A stretch of 64,000 nucleotides of DNA from Nitrospirota bacterium (GCA_963796285.1 CAWCKW010000012.1:1696001-1760000); one strand, 5' to 3'; positions 41,326 to 54,033 are shown, counted from the first letter of the stretch. The notes: generated from the letters alone by a model not told the origin. Numbers and translations: made by a program.

Positions 41326-43504
41326 CTACATCAAATTCACCGGGTCCACGTCCACGATCACCTTGCACTTCCTGCCGTACTTCTCCTCCACCGCGTTCCG
41401 TCCCTCGATCGCAAGCGACCGGATCTTGTCCCGTTGCTGCGACAGCAGGAGCAGATGGAACCGGTACTGACCGCGCACCCGGGAGATCGGCGCCGGGGCG
41501 GGGCCGAGGAGCACCGTGTCCTTGCCGCGCATGAGACTGCGGATGCGGTTCTGCGCCGTCTTGGCCGCTTCTTCGGCAAGCGGCTTCCTGCGAGCTCTTG
41601 ATCTCGATCTTGATGATGCGTCCGATGGGCGGATAGCCGAGCTGCGTGCGGTAGGCGATCTCCTCGTTGTAGAATCCATCGTAATCGTGCGTCCTGCTGT
41701 GCAGGACCGAGTAGTGGTTCGGGTTCATGGTCTGGATGATCACCTCGCCGCCGAGCTCGCCCCTTCCCGCCCTGCCCGCGGCCTGCGTGAGCAGCTGAAA
41801 GGTCTTCTCGGCGGCCCGGAAGTCAGGAAGGTTCAGCCCCACGTCGGCATCCACCACGCCCACGAGCGTTACGGCCGGGAAATCGTGCCCCTTGGCGATC
41901 ATCTGCGTGCCGAGCAGGATGTCCACCTCCCGGCGGTCCACCTTGCTGGAGCAACGTTTCATAGGCCTGCCTGCCCTTGACCGAGTCGCTGTCCATCCGC
42001 AGGATGCGCGCTGTTGGAAAAAGCGACTGCAGTTCCTCTTCGATCTTCTGAGTGCCTGAGCCGAGCAGCTTCATCGTAAGGCCGGAACAGGACGGGCACT
42101 TGTCAGGCGGCCGGGTGAGAAAGCCGCAGTAGTGGCATTTCAGCGTTTGTCTCCGATTTATGAAAGGTGAGAGAAACGCTGCAACTCGGGCATTTGATGG
42201 CGATGCCGCAGTCGCCGCAGATCAGGACCGAGGAAAAACCGCGGCGATTTAAAAGCAGGAGCGACTGTTCGTTCCGCGCGAGCCGCTGGGTGATGTGCTC
42301 GATAAGCAGAGGCGAATAGAGCGAGGTCTTCGGCAGCGCCTTTACATCGATGACGGCAACCTCGGGCATGGGGCGATGGTCCACGCGGTCTGCCAGACGG
42401 AGATACTGGTACTTTCCCGATCTGGGCGTTGTAATAGCTTTCGAGGGACGGCGTGGCGGAGCCGAGCACGGCAACGGCATTCTGGAACTTCGCGCGCATG
42501 ATCGCGACGTCCCGCGCGTTGTACCGGAGACCCTCGTCCTGCTTGTACGAGTTCTCGTGCTCTTCGTCCACGATGATGAGCCCGATGTTCTCAAACGGCG
42601 CGAACACCGCGGACCGCGCGCCGATGGCCACGTCCACCTGCCCCGCCTGGATGCGGCGGTATTCGTCGGCCCGTTCGCGGTCCGTCAGCCCGCTGTGCAG
42701 CACGGCCACGCGGTCGCCGAATCGTCTCTTGAACCTGCCCAGGAGCTGCGGCGTGAGCGCGATCTCCGGCACCAGCACGATGGCCCCTTTTCCCGTGTTC
42801 GCGAGCCCGCTGATGGCGTGGAGATAGACCTCGGTCTTGCCGCTCCCCGTCACGCCATGCAGGAGAAATACGCCGAACGCCTTGCCGGCAACCGCTTCGT
42901 TGATACGACGCACGGCCTCGGACTGCGCGGGCATGAGCTGGGGCGGCATGCTCGGACTGAACTCACCGGTGTCCGGTCGCCCCTCCCGTTCCTTCTCGAT
43001 GATCGTCGCTATCTTTGCGTCGCACAGGGCCCTGATGGTGGCCGGAGCATAAGCCTTCAACTCCTCCATGCCCATCACCTGGCGGTCGCACAGAAGCAGC
43101 AGAAGCTCTCTCTGCTTCGGCCCGCGTACAGACCCCATATCGTGGTCTCCGCCAACGATCTGCAGGTATCTTTTCTTTTTCGGTTTTGCGCGCGACAGGG
43201 CCTTCGGCACGAGCGCCTCGATGGTCTGGCCTATGGGGTGCAGGTAGTAATCGGACATCCAGCCGGCAAGTGCCAGAAGCTCGGGCGTGAGCGGGTTATC
43301 GAGGATCTCGATCACGGACTTGAGGCCCGCGACCTCGGCCTGAGCGGGGAAACCAATGACCGTCCCCTCGATGCGCCTGCTTCCGAACGGCACGAGCACG
43401 CGCGATCCCGGGACAAGACGGTCCCTCATCTCCTCCGGCATGCGGTAGTGGAATGTTTTGTGAACTGCGATATTGACAGCTATATCGACGACAAGATCGG
43501 GCAT
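41326..43504 (-). CDS. priA: Primosomal protein N' helicase; several frameshifts
   Basis: GVTGSGKTEVY, DEEH, GSATPSLES, LLNRRGF, CxxC cluster, GTQMIAKG, QAAGRAGR, VDVDP. Confidence 0.95.
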
Positions 43505-43591
43505 GGGGATGTGAATAAGTTATGAGTTCGGAGTGTGGAGTTCGGAGATTCAAGTATTCAAAACTCAAATGCATTACGGACCGGGTGGCTT

Positions 43592-44077
43592 TCAAGACGC
43601 GCCGTCCTTCAGTGTCTTGATTTCCTTGGTGCTCAGGATGTCCTTGAGCTCGGTCATGAACTCGTTGATGTCCTTGAAGGACCGGTAGACCGAGGCGAAC
43701 CGTACATACGCCACCTCATCCAGACGATGGAGGTGGTCCATCACTTCTTCGCCGATGACGGTGCTCGGGATCTCCTTGAGTCCCTTGTCCTGGAGGGACT
43801 TCTCGATGTCCGATACCGTGGTCTCGATTGCCTCGACGCCGACGGGCCTTTTTTCGCAGGCCTTCTTGAGCCCGTTCAGGATCTTCAGGCGGTCGAACGG
43901 CTCGCGCCGTCCGTCCTTCTTGATGACCAGAGGCAGCACTTCCTCGACGCGCTCGTACGTGGTGAACCTGCCCTCGCACTTGAGACACTCGCGCCTCCTG
44001 CGGATGGATTCGCCTTCCTTCCCCATCCGGGAGTCAACGACTTTATTTTCAAGGCTGGAACAGTAAGGACAACGCAT
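43592..44077 (-). CDS. nrdR: Transcriptional repressor NrdR
   Basis: [32 protein letters not shown]. Confidence 0.97.
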   Translation of the reverse strand: MRCPYCSSLENKVVDSRMGKEGESIRRRRECLKCEGRFTTYERVEEVLPLVIKKDGRREPFDRLKILNGLKKACEKRPVGVEAIETTVSDIEKSLQDKGLKEIPSTVIGEEVMDHLHRLDEVAYVRFASVYRSFKDINEFMTELKDILSTKEIKTLKDGAS

Positions 44078-44189
44078 GGATTTAAATACCCATTGCAGAT
44101 GAGAAATTGGAAATTTTAAATATTAAATTGAAAGGCAACAGCCAGGCCCTTCATTTTCCAATTTTCAAATTCCAATCTCCAATTTTCAA

Positions 44190-44651
44190 TCAATTTTTCT
44201 TATACTGCGTTACCTTGAGGCCCGATTCGGCCAGCATCTCTTCTGCAAGTTTGTCCGGATACCCATCCCCGAAAATGATGTGCTTGACGCCGGCGTTGAT
44301 GATCATCTTGGCGCAGATGCCACAGGGCTGGTTCGTGCAGTAGAGCGTGGCTCCGTCGATGTTCGTCCCGTGCTTGGCAGCCTGGATGATCGCGTTCTGC
44401 TCTGCATGGAGGCCGCGGCAGATCTCGTGCCGCTCGCCCGAGGGGATGCCCATCTGCTCGCGCAGGCACCCGCGGTCCAGACAATGCTCGATGCCTGACG
44501 GTGTGCCGTTGTAGCCCGTGGCAAGGATGTTCTTATCCTTGACGAGCACGGCCCCGACCTGGCGGCGGAGGCAGGTCGCGCGCTTCTTCACCAGGTGCGC
44601 GATCTCCATAAAATATTCGTCCCACGAAGGACGGGTCATGGCAAGCTCCAA
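44190..44651 (-). CDS. dCMP deaminase family protein
   Basis: [26 protein letters not shown]. Confidence 0.92.
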   Translation of the reverse strand: MELAMTRPSWDEYFMEIAHLVKKRATCLRRQVGAVLVKDKNILATGYNGTPSGIEHCLDRGCLREQMGIPSGERHEICRGLHAEQNAIIQAAKHGTNIDGATLYCTNQPCGICAKMIINAGVKHIIFGDGYPDKLAEEMLAESGLKVTQYKKN

Positions 44652-44750
44652 ATCATGAGGATCAACTTACAACCAAGCTGCAAACGACGAATTCAAGATC
44701 ACCCACGGTCCGAAATTGAAGTTTTGAATTTCGATATCGCAGGAGACGGG

Positions 44751-46016
44751 TCATTTGTTTTTTGAAATTTCTTCCATCCCCCATGCGAACAGCGGGAACC
44801 GGGCGCAGAACGCCTTTGTCCGCTCCTTGATCGCGGCCAGCTTTTCCGGGGAATGGCCGTTGGCGAGCGTCTCGCAGATAAGGTCGCCGATGATCTTCAT
44901 CTCCGGTTCGCGCATGCCGCGCGTGGTCACGATCGGCGTGCCGAGGCGAATGCCGCTCGTGGTCACCGGCGGCTTCTGGTCATAGGGGATGCTGTTCTTG
45001 TTGCACGTGATGCCGGCGGCATCGAGCGCCGTCTCGGCGTCCCTGCCCGTGATGTTCTTGGGCGTCAGGTCCACGAGCATGAGATGATTTTCCGTGGTGC
45101 CGGAGACGATGCGCAGGCCGTCCTCGGTAAGCCGCTGGGCAAGCGCCTTCGCGTTCTTCACGACCTGGCGCTGGTAGTCCTTGAACTCGGGCATGAGCGC
45201 TTCCTTGAAGGAAACGGCCTTGGCCGCGATCACGTGCACGAGCGGTCCGCCCTGGATGCCGGGGAAGATGGTCTTGTCCACGGCCTTGCCGAACTTCTCT
45301 TTACACATGATCATGCCGCCGCGCGGGCCGCGCAGGGTCTTGTGCGTTGTCGTCGTGACAAAGTCAGCGTAAGGCACCGGGCTCGGGTGCACGCCGGCGG
45401 CAATGAGCCCGGCGATGTGCGCGACGTCAGCCATAAGGTACGCGCCAACCTTGTCCGCGATCTTCCGGAACCGCGCGAAGTCGAGGACCCTTGAATAGGC
45501 GCTGTAACCGCAAACGATCATCTTTGGTTTGTGCTCCAGTGCCAGCCGCTCCACTTCGTCGTAATCGAGCAGCTCCGTTTTCTTGTCCACGCCATAGGAG
45601 AAGGACTTGTAGAGCGTTCCCGAAAAGCTCACGCTCGCCCCGTGGGTCAGGTGGCCGCCGTGCGGAAGCGCCATGCCGAGGATCGTGTCTCCGGGCTGAA
45701 GCACGCTGAAGTAGACCGCCATGTTCGCCGAAGAGCCGGAATGGGGCTGGACGTTCACGTGCTCCGCGCCGAAGAGCTGCTTTGCCCGCTCGATGGCCAG
45801 GGTCTCCACGACATCGGCATACTCGCACCCGCCGTAATAGCGCCGGTTCGGATATCCCTCTGCGTACTTGTTCGTGAACACCGATCCCTGCGCTTCGAGC
45901 ACCGCCTGGCTCACATAGTTTTCCGATGCAATGAGGACGATCTTGGAGAGCTCGCGCTCCTCCTCGCCTTTGATCGCGTTGTAGACCTCAGGATCCTGCA
46001 GTTTCAGTTCTGACAT
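44751..46016 (-). CDS. glyA: Serine hydroxymethyltransferase
   Basis: [34 protein letters not shown]. Confidence 0.97.
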   Translation of the reverse strand: MSELKLQDPEVYNAIKGEEERELSKIVLIASENYVSQAVLEAQGSVFTNKYAEGYPNRRYYGGCEYADVVETLAIERAKQLFGAEHVNVQPHSGSSANMAVYFSVLQPGDTILGMALPHGGHLTHGASVSFSGTLYKSFSYGVDKKTELLDYDEVERLALEHKPKMIVCGYSAYSRVLDFARFRKIADKVGAYLMADVAHIAGLIAAGVHPSPVPYADFVTTTTHKTLRGPRGGMIMCKEKFGKAVDKTIFPGIQGGPLVHVIAAKAVSFKEALMPEFKDYQRQVVKNAKALAQRLTEDGLRIVSGTTENHLMLVDLTPKNITGRDAETALDAAGITCNKNSIPYDQKPPVTTSGIRLGTPIVTTRGMREPEMKIIGDLICETLANGHSPEKLAAIKERTKAFCARFPLFAWGMEEISKNK

Positions 46017-46169
46017 GATGCTTTCCTTTATCTTTTTCTATGATGACGCAGCAATAACAATAAATCCACCGCTGAGACACTGAGACGCAGAGGAGAACGT
46101 CACCAACATAAATATTTTTCTCCGTACCTCTGCGTACTTCGCGGTAAAAATGACATATTGCCGTGATTT

Positions 46170-46595
46170 CTATATCTTATTCAGCCGCAGCTGGTGCCTG
46201 CCGCCGGCGAATTCCGTTTCGAGCCATGTCTTCACGATCTCGAGCGCAACGCCTTTGCCGATCACGCGCTCGCCCATGACGAGGACATTCGCATCGTTGT
46301 GCTCCCGGCTCATCTGGGCCGTGAAATGGTCATGGCAGAGAGCGGCGCGCACTTTCGGGTACCGGTTGGCCACGATCGACATCCCGATGCCGGTACCGCA
46401 GATCAGGATGCCGCGGTCCGCCGTGCCGTTCGTCACTGCCTCGGAGACCTTCTTCCCGTAGTCCGGGTAGTCCACGGAATCCTTCGTTGCCGTGCCGAAA
46501 TCAGAGACCTCGATGTTCTTGAGCGTCTGGAGGTATTGAACGACCTCCTGTTTCAACTCCAGTCCGCCATGGTCCGAACCTATCGCCAGTTTCAC
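46170..46595 (-). CDS. rpiB: Ribose-5-phosphate isomerase B
   Basis: [32 protein letters not shown]. Confidence 0.95.
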   Translation of the reverse strand: MKLAIGSDHGGLELKQEVVQYLQTLKNIEVSDFGTATKDSVDYPDYGKKVSEAVTNGTADRGILICGTGIGMSIVANRYPKVRAALCHDHFTAQMSREHNDANVLVMGERVIGKGVALEIVKTWLETEFAGGRHQLRLNKI

Positions 46596-46749
46596 GTTAA
46601 AGCCCGCCCTTTCGTAGTCGCTGATATTAACATCCCGGCTGTTTTAGTGTCAAGGAAAATACCGGAACAAAAACGCATTGCGGTCTGTCGGCCGCAGAAT
46701 TTAATGACCATCAAGCACACCGAACGGTGCGGAGATCAGGGGCAAACCA

Positions 46750-47484
46750 TCATAGAAACTCATACCCAAGCATGCTCAGCACCGCCACAGCCGCGGTCTC
46801 GGTGCGTAGGATGTTGGGACCCAGGCTCACGAGATGGAAACCCCTTTCTTTTGCAGCCTCCGCTTCTTGCGCGGACAAGCCGCCTTCGGGTCCGATAAGA
46901 ACGATGATATTCTGTATCCCGTGCACCTGCCGGAGAACGTTCTTCATGGGCTCTGTCCCCTCTTCCCAGGGGAGAAGAAGCAGGGTTCGGGGTTCAGGTG
47001 ACAGTATCTGGAGATAATCAGAGAAAGATCGAATGTGACCGACCTGCGGGATATCCGGCCTGTTGCTCTGCATGGCGGCTTCCCGGGCGATTTTCTGCCA
47101 CCGCGAGACACGCTTTTCTTCATCCCTGATCTTCACGATGGTCCGTTCGGTCACGAGCGGGATTATTGCCGCAACGCCGAGTTCCGTGGATTTCTGCACG
47201 ATCCAGTCCATCTTGTCGGACTTGGGCAGTCCCTGGACGAGGCTGATGAGGGGATGGCGAATTTCCCGCTTTGATCTGCTCACGATCTCTGCCCTGATCT
47301 CAGCACGACCGACCTGCACGATCTTCGCCTGGTACTCGGTACCCGCGCCGTCGCACAGCAGCAACCCGTCACCCATCTTCATGCGAAGGACCGTCGCGAT
47401 ATGGCGCACGTCCTCGCCGGAGACGGTGATGAGCTGGTCAATGACCTGTTCGGGAGATATGAAAAATCGGGGGGGTCTGGGCAT
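46750..47484 (-). CDS. rsmE: 16S rRNA m3U1498 methyltransferase
   Basis: H..VLRM, QKSTELGV, IGPEGG, LGPNILRTETA. Confidence 0.95.
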   Translation of the reverse strand: MPRPPRFFISPEQVIDQLITVSGEDVRHIATVLRMKMGDGLLLCDGAGTEYQAKIVQVGRAEIRAEIVSRSKREIRHPLISLVQGLPKSDKMDWIVQKSTELGVAAIIPLVTERTIVKIRDEEKRVSRWQKIAREAAMQSNRPDIPQVGHIRSFSDYLQILSPEPRTLLLLPWEEGTEPMKNVLRQVHGIQNIIVLIGPEGGLSAQEAEAAKERGFHLVSLGPNILRTETAAVAVLSMLGYEFL

Positions 47485-47657
47485 TCTATCTTCCTCGCCA
47501 CGGATGGGCACGGATTAAGAGAGATAAGAGGGAACTTATATAATCAACTTCTTTCAGGAGAAATGGAGAAAGTGATGGGGAAATGGGGCTTAAGCCTCGG
47601 TTGTTTATTCTCACCCTTTCTCCACTTCCCCCTTTCACCTGAAGCCTTGCGCTGGTT

Positions 47658-49196
47658 TTAGGTTATCGGCTTAGGCGCCGCAGGCTTTCTCTCCCCGCCC
47701 CTTCTCCGCCTGCGCCGTTTTGGTCTCGCTTTTCGCTCCGCGCTTTTCTGTATTTGCTTTTCCTCGTCCGGCGCGAGCGGATAGGACTTGATGAATTCCT
47801 TCCACCAGGCGCGGATCTCTTTTTTCTCGCCCGTGGTCTCGCTCGTGAAACGAAAATACTCAAAGGCGTCGGCAAACCCGGGCCTCCGCAGGAAATAGCG
47901 GGGGTACTTCCCTTCGCGCTTCTCGAACCGCTGCTGGTTCCAGTATATATCGCGCATCGACAACCCGACCTTCTTGGGGATCTGCACCCGCTGCGCCTGT
48001 TCCTGCATGATCTCGGTCACTGCCCTCGTCATGGCATCGAGGGCAGGGACACCCTGTTTCATCAACGCAACGGCTGTTTCCTCGATATACTGTCCGGACA
48101 TCAGGCTGAACAGGATGTGCGGCGGCACCTTCCTGCCTGACTGCACGCAGGCGTCCACCCACTCGAGGGCCTTGCCGATCCAGATATGCGGAAAGCCCTC
48201 GGACTCCTTGTCCACCCAGGCGTTCAGACGCGGGAAGATCACACCGAAGAGCCCTGTCTTCCTGAGAAGCTGATAGGTCTTCTCGCCCTCGCCGAGCAAG
48301 AAGAGCTTGAGGACCTCTTCGTACATGCGGGACGGAGAGGCAAGCGCCACGTGGTCCTTCAGCTCCAGCATGGCACGGTAGGTTTTCTCTTCGATCTCGA
48401 ACCCGAGCAGGGCCGCGAACCGCACCGCCCGCACCATGCGCACCGGGTCCTCGGTGAACCGTACCTGGGGATCACCGATGATCCGGATAAGCCCGCGTTC
48501 GAGGTCCTGCATCCCTCCTACGTAGTCGATGACGGAGAAGTCCGCAATGTTGTAAAACAGCGCATTCACCGTGAAGTCGCGCCGGAGGGCGTCTTCCTCA
48601 GGGGTGCCGAAGACATTGTCCCTGAGGATCATGCCTCCCTCGGTCTTGAGCATGCGCGGCGGCTTGGGCCTGACAGGTGAGGGCGTCTGCGTCCCGGGAG
48701 TTGCAGACGCAGGATCTTCGACTCCAGGGGAAGGGGTGGTTTCCTGCACAGGCTGTTCCGTCGACACTGGCGATACTTGTTCGGCAACAGGGGCCGCTTC
48801 CCCTGCCTCCGGTTCATCGGACACCATGGACCGGAACGTCGCGACCTCGATGATCTCGTCATGAAAATGAATATGGGCGAGCCGGAACCTGCGACCGATG
48901 AGCCGGCAGTTGCGAAAGACCTTCTTGACCTCACCCGGCGTGGCGTCCGTGGCAATATCGAAGTCCTTGGGCTCGCGGCCGAGCAGCAGGTCGCGCACAC
49001 CGCCGCCTACAAGGTAGGAGAAGTACCCATGCTCTTTCAGCTTGTAGAGGACCCGCAGGGCGTTGTGGCTGATCCACTTGCGGGAGATGGCGTGCCTGGA
49101 GCGCGGAATGATCGTAGGTTTTATAGGGCTCACGGGGTTGTATAATAGCACACAGTGACCGGCAAGGTAAAGAGGGAATGCGAAAATTCGCTCCAT
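47658..49196 (-). CDS. pcnB: Poly(A) polymerase I; start uncertain
   Basis: VGGGVRDLLL, KDFDIAT, LIGRRFRLAHI PAP-specific motif, RRDFTVNA, basic C-terminus. Confidence 0.92.
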   Translation of the reverse strand: MERIFAFPLYLAGHCVLLYNPVSPIKPTIIPRSRHAISRKWISHNALRVLYKLKEHGYFSYLVGGGVRDLLLGREPKDFDIATDATPGEVKKVFRNCRLIGRRFRLAHIHFHDEIIEVATFRSMVSDEPEAGEAAPVAEQVSPVSTEQPVQETTPSPGVEDPASATPGTQTPSPVRPKPPRMLKTEGGMILRDNVFGTPEEDALRRDFTVNALFYNIADFSVIDYVGGMQDLERGLIRIIGDPQVRFTEDPVRMVRAVRFAALLGFEIEEKTYRAMLELKDHVALASPSRMYEEVLKLFLLGEGEKTYQLLRKTGLFGVIFPRLNAWVDKESEGFPHIWIGKALEWVDACVQSGRKVPPHILFSLMSGQYIEETAVALMKQGVPALDAMTRAVTEIMQEQAQRVQIPKKVGLSMRDIYWNQQRFEKREGKYPRYFLRRPGFADAFEYFRFTSETTGEKKEIRAWWKEFIKSYPLAPDEEKQIQKSAERKARPKRRRRRRGGERKPAAPKPIT

Positions 49197-49232
49197 TGTA
49201 ATGAACTTCCTCCTGTGCTATACTGTTCAACT

Positions 49233-49984
49233 ATGATGAATAATCTTAATGTTATGGGACTGCACTCCGCAGTCGCAGAAAAAATAACCCCGATGGTAGA
49301 AGAGATGATCAAGGAGCATGCATCTAACATCCATTCCTTCCACATCGTTGGCAGCGCAGTGATCCCGGATTATAACGAGAAACTTTCGAACATCAACTCC
49401 GTTGTCGTACTGCACGATATGGACTTGCAGTTCATCAGGTTCCTCGCGCCCCTTGGGAAAAAATACGGCAAAAAAAAGATCGCAGCGCCCCTGGTGATGA
49501 CCCCGGAGTACATCGACCGATCGCTGGACGCATTTCCCGATCGAGTTCCTCGACTTCAAGCGCCTCCATAAGACCGTATACGGGCAAGACCTCCTGAAGG
49601 ACCTGCAGATCACCACGCCAAACCTGCGGCTTCAGTGCGAGCGCGAGATCAAGACAAAACTCATCGGCCTTCGACAAGAATACCTCTCATCTCTCGGCAG
49701 GAAGAAACTCATTGCCGCTGTGCTGGTTCGGTCCTTCACCGGCTCCATGGCGCTCTTCCGGGCCATTATCACGCTCCTCGGCAAGGAACCGCCTGTCCCG
49801 CGCGCGGAGGTCATAACAATGCTGGGCTCCGCGACCGGGATCGATACCGAGATCTTCGAAAAACTGCTCATGCTCAAGGCGGAGCTGCTCAAGCCATCGG
49901 AGCAGGAACTTGCACTCCTTCTTCGAACGCTACTACAACGCGCTCGAGGCCACGGGAAAGATCATCGATGACCTCCATGTATAA
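49233..49984 (+). CDS. Nucleotidyltransferase-like hypothetical protein of the TPM/LemA locus; frameshifts
   Basis: VGSA..DY...SNIN, SLDAFP.EF, LRLQCERE across ORF pieces. Confidence 0.6.
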
Positions 49985-50758
49985 AAGGCTCGTTATCGCT
50001 GTCGTTTTTCTTGCGATCGTCTGCGTTTCCGTTGCCAGTGCTTCTACGCCGCAGCCGCCCGATGTGCCCCGGGATTACGTGGTCGACCTGGCCGGCATCA
50101 TCCGGAGCGACTTGAAAGATGAACTCAACGCCTACTCTCCAGACACTTGAGCAGAAAACCACGGCCCAGGTGCTGGTGCTCACGGTCCAGACCCTCGACA
50201 ACCAGAGCATCGAGGAATTCGCCCTCAACACGAAGGAAAAATGGAAGCTCGGCCAGAAGGGCAAGGACAATGGGGTCCTGATCGTTGTCGCGCTGAAGGA
50301 CCGCAAGTACCGGATCGAGGTGGGCTACGGACTCGAAAGCGTATTGCCGGACAGCATGGTCGGTTCGATCGGTCGGGAATACTTCGTCCCCTATTTCAAA
50401 CAAGGCGATTACAGCACCGGGATCTATGCCGGCACGATCGCCGTGATCAGGGCGATCGCAACCCATGAAGGCGTAAGCATAACGAACGGGACCGGGGAGA
50501 CCCAGACCTCGGGGGGCATATCCTGGTAAACGCCTAAATACCTTCCAGATGATCGTGTTCGCTATATTTGGCATCATTGCTCTGGTCCTGTTCATCACCC
50601 ATCCAGGTCAATGCTTGCTCATCATTCTGGCCTCACAAATGGGAGGGGGCAGAGGCGGTTGGTCCGGAGGCGGGGGCGGTGGGTTTGGCGGAGGAGGAAG
50701 CTTCGGAGGCGGGGGCGGTGGCAGCGGAGGTGGAGGCGGCGCATCAGGAGGCTGGTAA
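49968..50758 (+). CDS. TPM domain protein with Gly-rich tail; frameshifts
   Basis: YVVDLAGII, WKLGQKGKDNGVL, RIEVGYGLE, GGGGASGGW. Confidence 0.88.
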
Positions 50759-50996
50759 ATTTCCACGCTAAAAAAGAGAATGAAAAAGAACCACAGAGGG
50801 CACCGAGGAATGAAAGAGAATAACAATCTCTGTGTTCTCTAGTTTTGGAATATCGCAAGACGGATACTAAGGAACCTGCAGAGGGCACAGAGAGGGAGAC
50901 CAGCAAAAAGTCTAAACCCATGGCGGATGCAAAGTTTTCTCTGCGTCCTCTGTGGTTAATTATTGACACTACGCTACATTATTACAGGAGGAAATC

Positions 50997-51584
50997 ATGA
51001 ACAGCGGATTAAAAACAGTACTGATCATTCTCGGAGTCATCGCGGTCTTTGCGATCGGGGCCGTCATGTACGGCGTCGGAGAATACAACAAGGTCGTGGC
51101 CATGGACGAGCAGGTCAAGTCACAGTGGGCGCAGGTTGACAATCAACTGAAGCGGCGCTACGACCTGATCCCGAACCTGGTCGAGACCGTCAAGGGTTAC
51201 GCAACGCATGAAAAAGAGCTGTTCGAGAACCTTGCCAATGCACGGACGAAATATTTCCAGTCAAACTCAGTGAAGGACAAGGTCCAGGCATCAAACCAGG
51301 TCGAAGGACTGCTCTCCCGACTGCTTGTTTTGCGCGAAACCTATCCGCAGCTCAAGGCGAATGAGAACTTCCTGAAACTGCAGGACAGTCTCGAGGGCAC
51401 GGAGAACCGCATCGCCGTTGAACGCATGCGGTACAATGACACGGTGAAGGTCCTCAATACGTACCGAAGAAGCGTGTTCGGAAAGTTCTTTGCTTCTCTG
51501 GCAGGCGTGAACGAGGCGCAGTATTACGAGACTCCCGCAGGCGGAGAAGGAAGCGCCGAAGGTAAAGTTTTAGTACGCAACTAA
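50997..51584 (+). CDS. lemA: LemA family protein
   Basis: LKRRYDLIPNLVETVKGY, YPQLKAN, LEGTENRIAVER.RYN. Confidence 0.93.
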   Translation: MNSGLKTVLIILGVIAVFAIGAVMYGVGEYNKVVAMDEQVKSQWAQVDNQLKRRYDLIPNLVETVKGYATHEKELFENLANARTKYFQSNSVKDKVQASNQVEGLLSRLLVLRETYPQLKANENFLKLQDSLEGTENRIAVERMRYNDTVKVLNTYRRSVFGKFFASLAGVNEAQYYETPAGGEGSAEGKVLVRN

Positions 51585-51644
51585 ATCACAGCACCAACAG
51601 ATAAAACCGGTCTCCCCCTGAGTCTGCTTCATGCAATCGACGAT

Positions 51645-53300
51645 TCAGGGGGATTTTTTTCCACCAACCGTATTCTCCGGTTCATACTTCACCCAGACAG
51701 AACCGGACACATCCTCGAACGCTGTCATGGCCGCGACGGAGCCGTGCGCGACCGCGACAACGATCTGCTTCGGCGCGCCGGTGATGTCGCCCGCGGCATA
51801 GACCAGGGGAATTGATGTGCGCATGGTCATCAGGTCGGTCTTGATGTATCCCTCATCGTCAAGCTCTAGTCCAAGCTGCTTTGCGATCTCGTTCTGCGGA
51901 ACATACCCGATGGCCACAAACACGCCGTCTGCGGGCATTTCCGTTATCTTGCCGGTCTTTTTGTCCTCGATCTTGATTGCTTTTACGATCTTATCACCGG
52001 AGATCTCCCTTACTTCACTCTCCCACAGAGCCGGGATGCCTGAACGCTTGAAACTCTCCTGCAGCTTTGCCTCGGCGCGCAGCGTATCTCTCCGGTGTAC
52101 CAGTATGACCTTTGCCCCCAGATTGTGAAGATACAGCGCGTCGGTAATGGCCGTATTGCCGCCTCCTACCACGATCACGTTTTTTCCGTCCTTGAAGAAA
52201 TACCCATCACACGTGGCGCAGTAGCTTACCCCCCTGCCGTAGAATTTCTGCGCTCCTGTTGCTCCGAGCGCCCGGTTGTCAACCCCGGTCGCGATCACCA
52301 GTCCTTTGGTGATATAGATGGCATGGTTCGTCTTGAGCTGGATCCTGCCGTCCTGCCGGTCCTTCGTGATCTCGGTTATATGTTCGCCGATGTGAAGCTC
52401 GCAATACTGGGCCGCCTGCTGCGCGATGAGATCAATGAGACTTCTCCCTCCGATGCGCATATAGCCGGGATAATTCTCCACCACCGGCGTGATCGTCACC
52501 TGTCCGCCGAGATTGTTTTTTTCGATCACCACGGAATTGAGCCCCGCCCGCACGGCGTATATCGCGGCCGTGAGCCCAGCGGGACCGCCGCCCACGATGA
52601 CAAGGTCCTTTTCCACCGGCTCCCCGGTGATCTGGGTGGATGCCACGAGCGGCTCTTTGAGGGTCAGAAGAGATTCCAGGAACAACGGCTCCGGCTGAAG
52701 TCCGGCGCCGGTGAAGGTAGTGTTCATGAATGTCTGCGGCACGGCAAGGGAGCCGAGGCTTTCCGCAAGGTCCTGGTTCTCGTAGATTTCGACGGCCTCT
52801 GCAGAGACAAGGTCGGGCCTGGCGATCGCTGCGGAGAATGCGGACAAGACCTGCTGCGGGCAATAAGGGCAGGTGGGGCTGACAAAAACCTGGATGTCCC
52901 GCTTTTCATGGAGCTGTTCAACGATCTTCTGGATCGACGGTCCGGACAGAAGCGGTTTGCCCGTGGAGGCCATCACAATGGCGGTGAGGAAAGAACGTCC
53001 CTCTTCCCCCAGGGGGGCGCCCGTATACCGAATGCGGTATGCATCCGGGGCGATGAGGACCGATGGTGAGCGAGTGACATTTCTCTTCACGGACTGCTCG
53101 TCGCCGATCGTATGAAATGACACCTTCAACTTCGCCGAGAGTTCGGCAAGCGTCTTGACCAGCGAGACCACGGCCTCGTTGTACTTGTCGTTTTTAGTAT
53201 CCTGGGTATAGACCTCGAGAACGACGTCTTCCTTGAGCGTCTCCAGAAACGTTTGCTTGATGGTCTGTTTGATATCTTCCGGGATTAGTTCCTGTGCCAT
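51645..53300 (-). CDS. Thioredoxin reductase with N-terminal thioredoxin-like domains (AhpF-like architecture)
   Basis: CPYC in the N-terminal part; GGGPAG, SYCATCDG, GGGNTA, AAGDI. Confidence 0.9.
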   Translation of the reverse strand: MAQELIPEDIKQTIKQTFLETLKEDVVLEVYTQDTKNDKYNEAVVSLVKTLAELSAKLKVSFHTIGDEQSVKRNVTRSPSVLIAPDAYRIRYTGAPLGEEGRSFLTAIVMASTGKPLLSGPSIQKIVEQLHEKRDIQVFVSPTCPYCPQQVLSAFSAAIARPDLVSAEAVEIYENQDLAESLGSLAVPQTFMNTTFTGAGLQPEPLFLESLLTLKEPLVASTQITGEPVEKDLVIVGGGPAGLTAAIYAVRAGLNSVVIEKNNLGGQVTITPVVENYPGYMRIGGRSLIDLIAQQAAQYCELHIGEHITEITKDRQDGRIQLKTNHAIYITKGLVIATGVDNRALGATGAQKFYGRGVSYCATCDGYFFKDGKNVIVVGGGNTAITDALYLHNLGAKVILVHRRDTLRAEAKLQESFKRSGIPALWESEVREISGDKIVKAIKIEDKKTGKITEMPADGVFVAIGYVPQNEIAKQLGLELDDEGYIKTDLMTMRTSIPLVYAAGDITGAPKQIVVAVAHGSVAAMTAFEDVSGSVWVKYEPENTVGGKKSP

Positions 53301-53388
53301 AGCATCCTCGTGAAGCGTTGTCAGGAGTCAGTGCTCGGGAGCCGGAACATATCTTTCATATCCGACTCCCAGCTCACGGCTCCTCTGC

Positions 53389-53946
53389 TCATTTGATCCT
53401 CTGCGAGATCTTCTTGAACTCCGCCGTGCCGGCCACTTTTAAAAGCTGAAACAGCACCGTCTCGGTGCAGGTCACGACAGCGCCCGCCTCGCGCATGAAC
53501 TCGGTCCCGATCTTCCAGTTCTCCTTGACGCGGGAACAGACCGCGTCCTCTACGACGTGGACGTTGATCCCGCCCCTGAGCAGGCCGATGCAGGTCTGGA
53601 GCACGCAGATATGCGTCTCCATGCCCGTCAGGACAACGCTGCTTTTATTGTGCTCCTTGAGCTCCTCCAGGAACGCGGGCTGGCCGCAGCAATCGAAGGT
53701 CATCTTCTCGAAAGGGCGATAGAACGGCAAGGCCTCGCGTATCTCCGGTACGGTCGTGCCGAGACCCCTGGGATACTGCTCCGTCACCATGACCGGCATG
53801 CTGATCATCTTCGCGAGCTCGATCAGGTGCAGGTTGTTCTTGATGACCTTTTCCTTTTCCTTCATCACCGCCGCAAGCTTGTCCTGAATATCAACGATCA
53901 GAAGGACGGTGTCTTCCTTATCAATAATAAATTTATCCAATGTCAT
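53389..53946 (-). CDS. Isochorismatase family hydrolase
   Basis: IVDIQ, TEQYP.GLG.T, GMETHICVLQT, ETVLFQLL. Confidence 0.9.
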   Translation of the reverse strand: MTLDKFIIDKEDTVLLIVDIQDKLAAVMKEKEKVIKNNLHLIELAKMISMPVMVTEQYPRGLGTTVPEIREALPFYRPFEKMTFDCCGQPAFLEELKEHNKSSVVLTGMETHICVLQTCIGLLRGGINVHVVEDAVCSRVKENWKIGTEFMREAGAVVTCTETVLFQLLKVAGTAEFKKISQRIK

Positions 53947-54033
53947 GCCTTATCTTCTTCCTGAGAACGAATTATTGGTTGTCCTTTCTGCTTTTCATTC
54001 CGCATTCCGCACTCCACAATCCGCATTTCCGTT

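Noticed and set aside
50640-50758. G-rich low-complexity tract
   Set aside because: It encodes the normal Gly-rich C-terminus of TPM domain proteins
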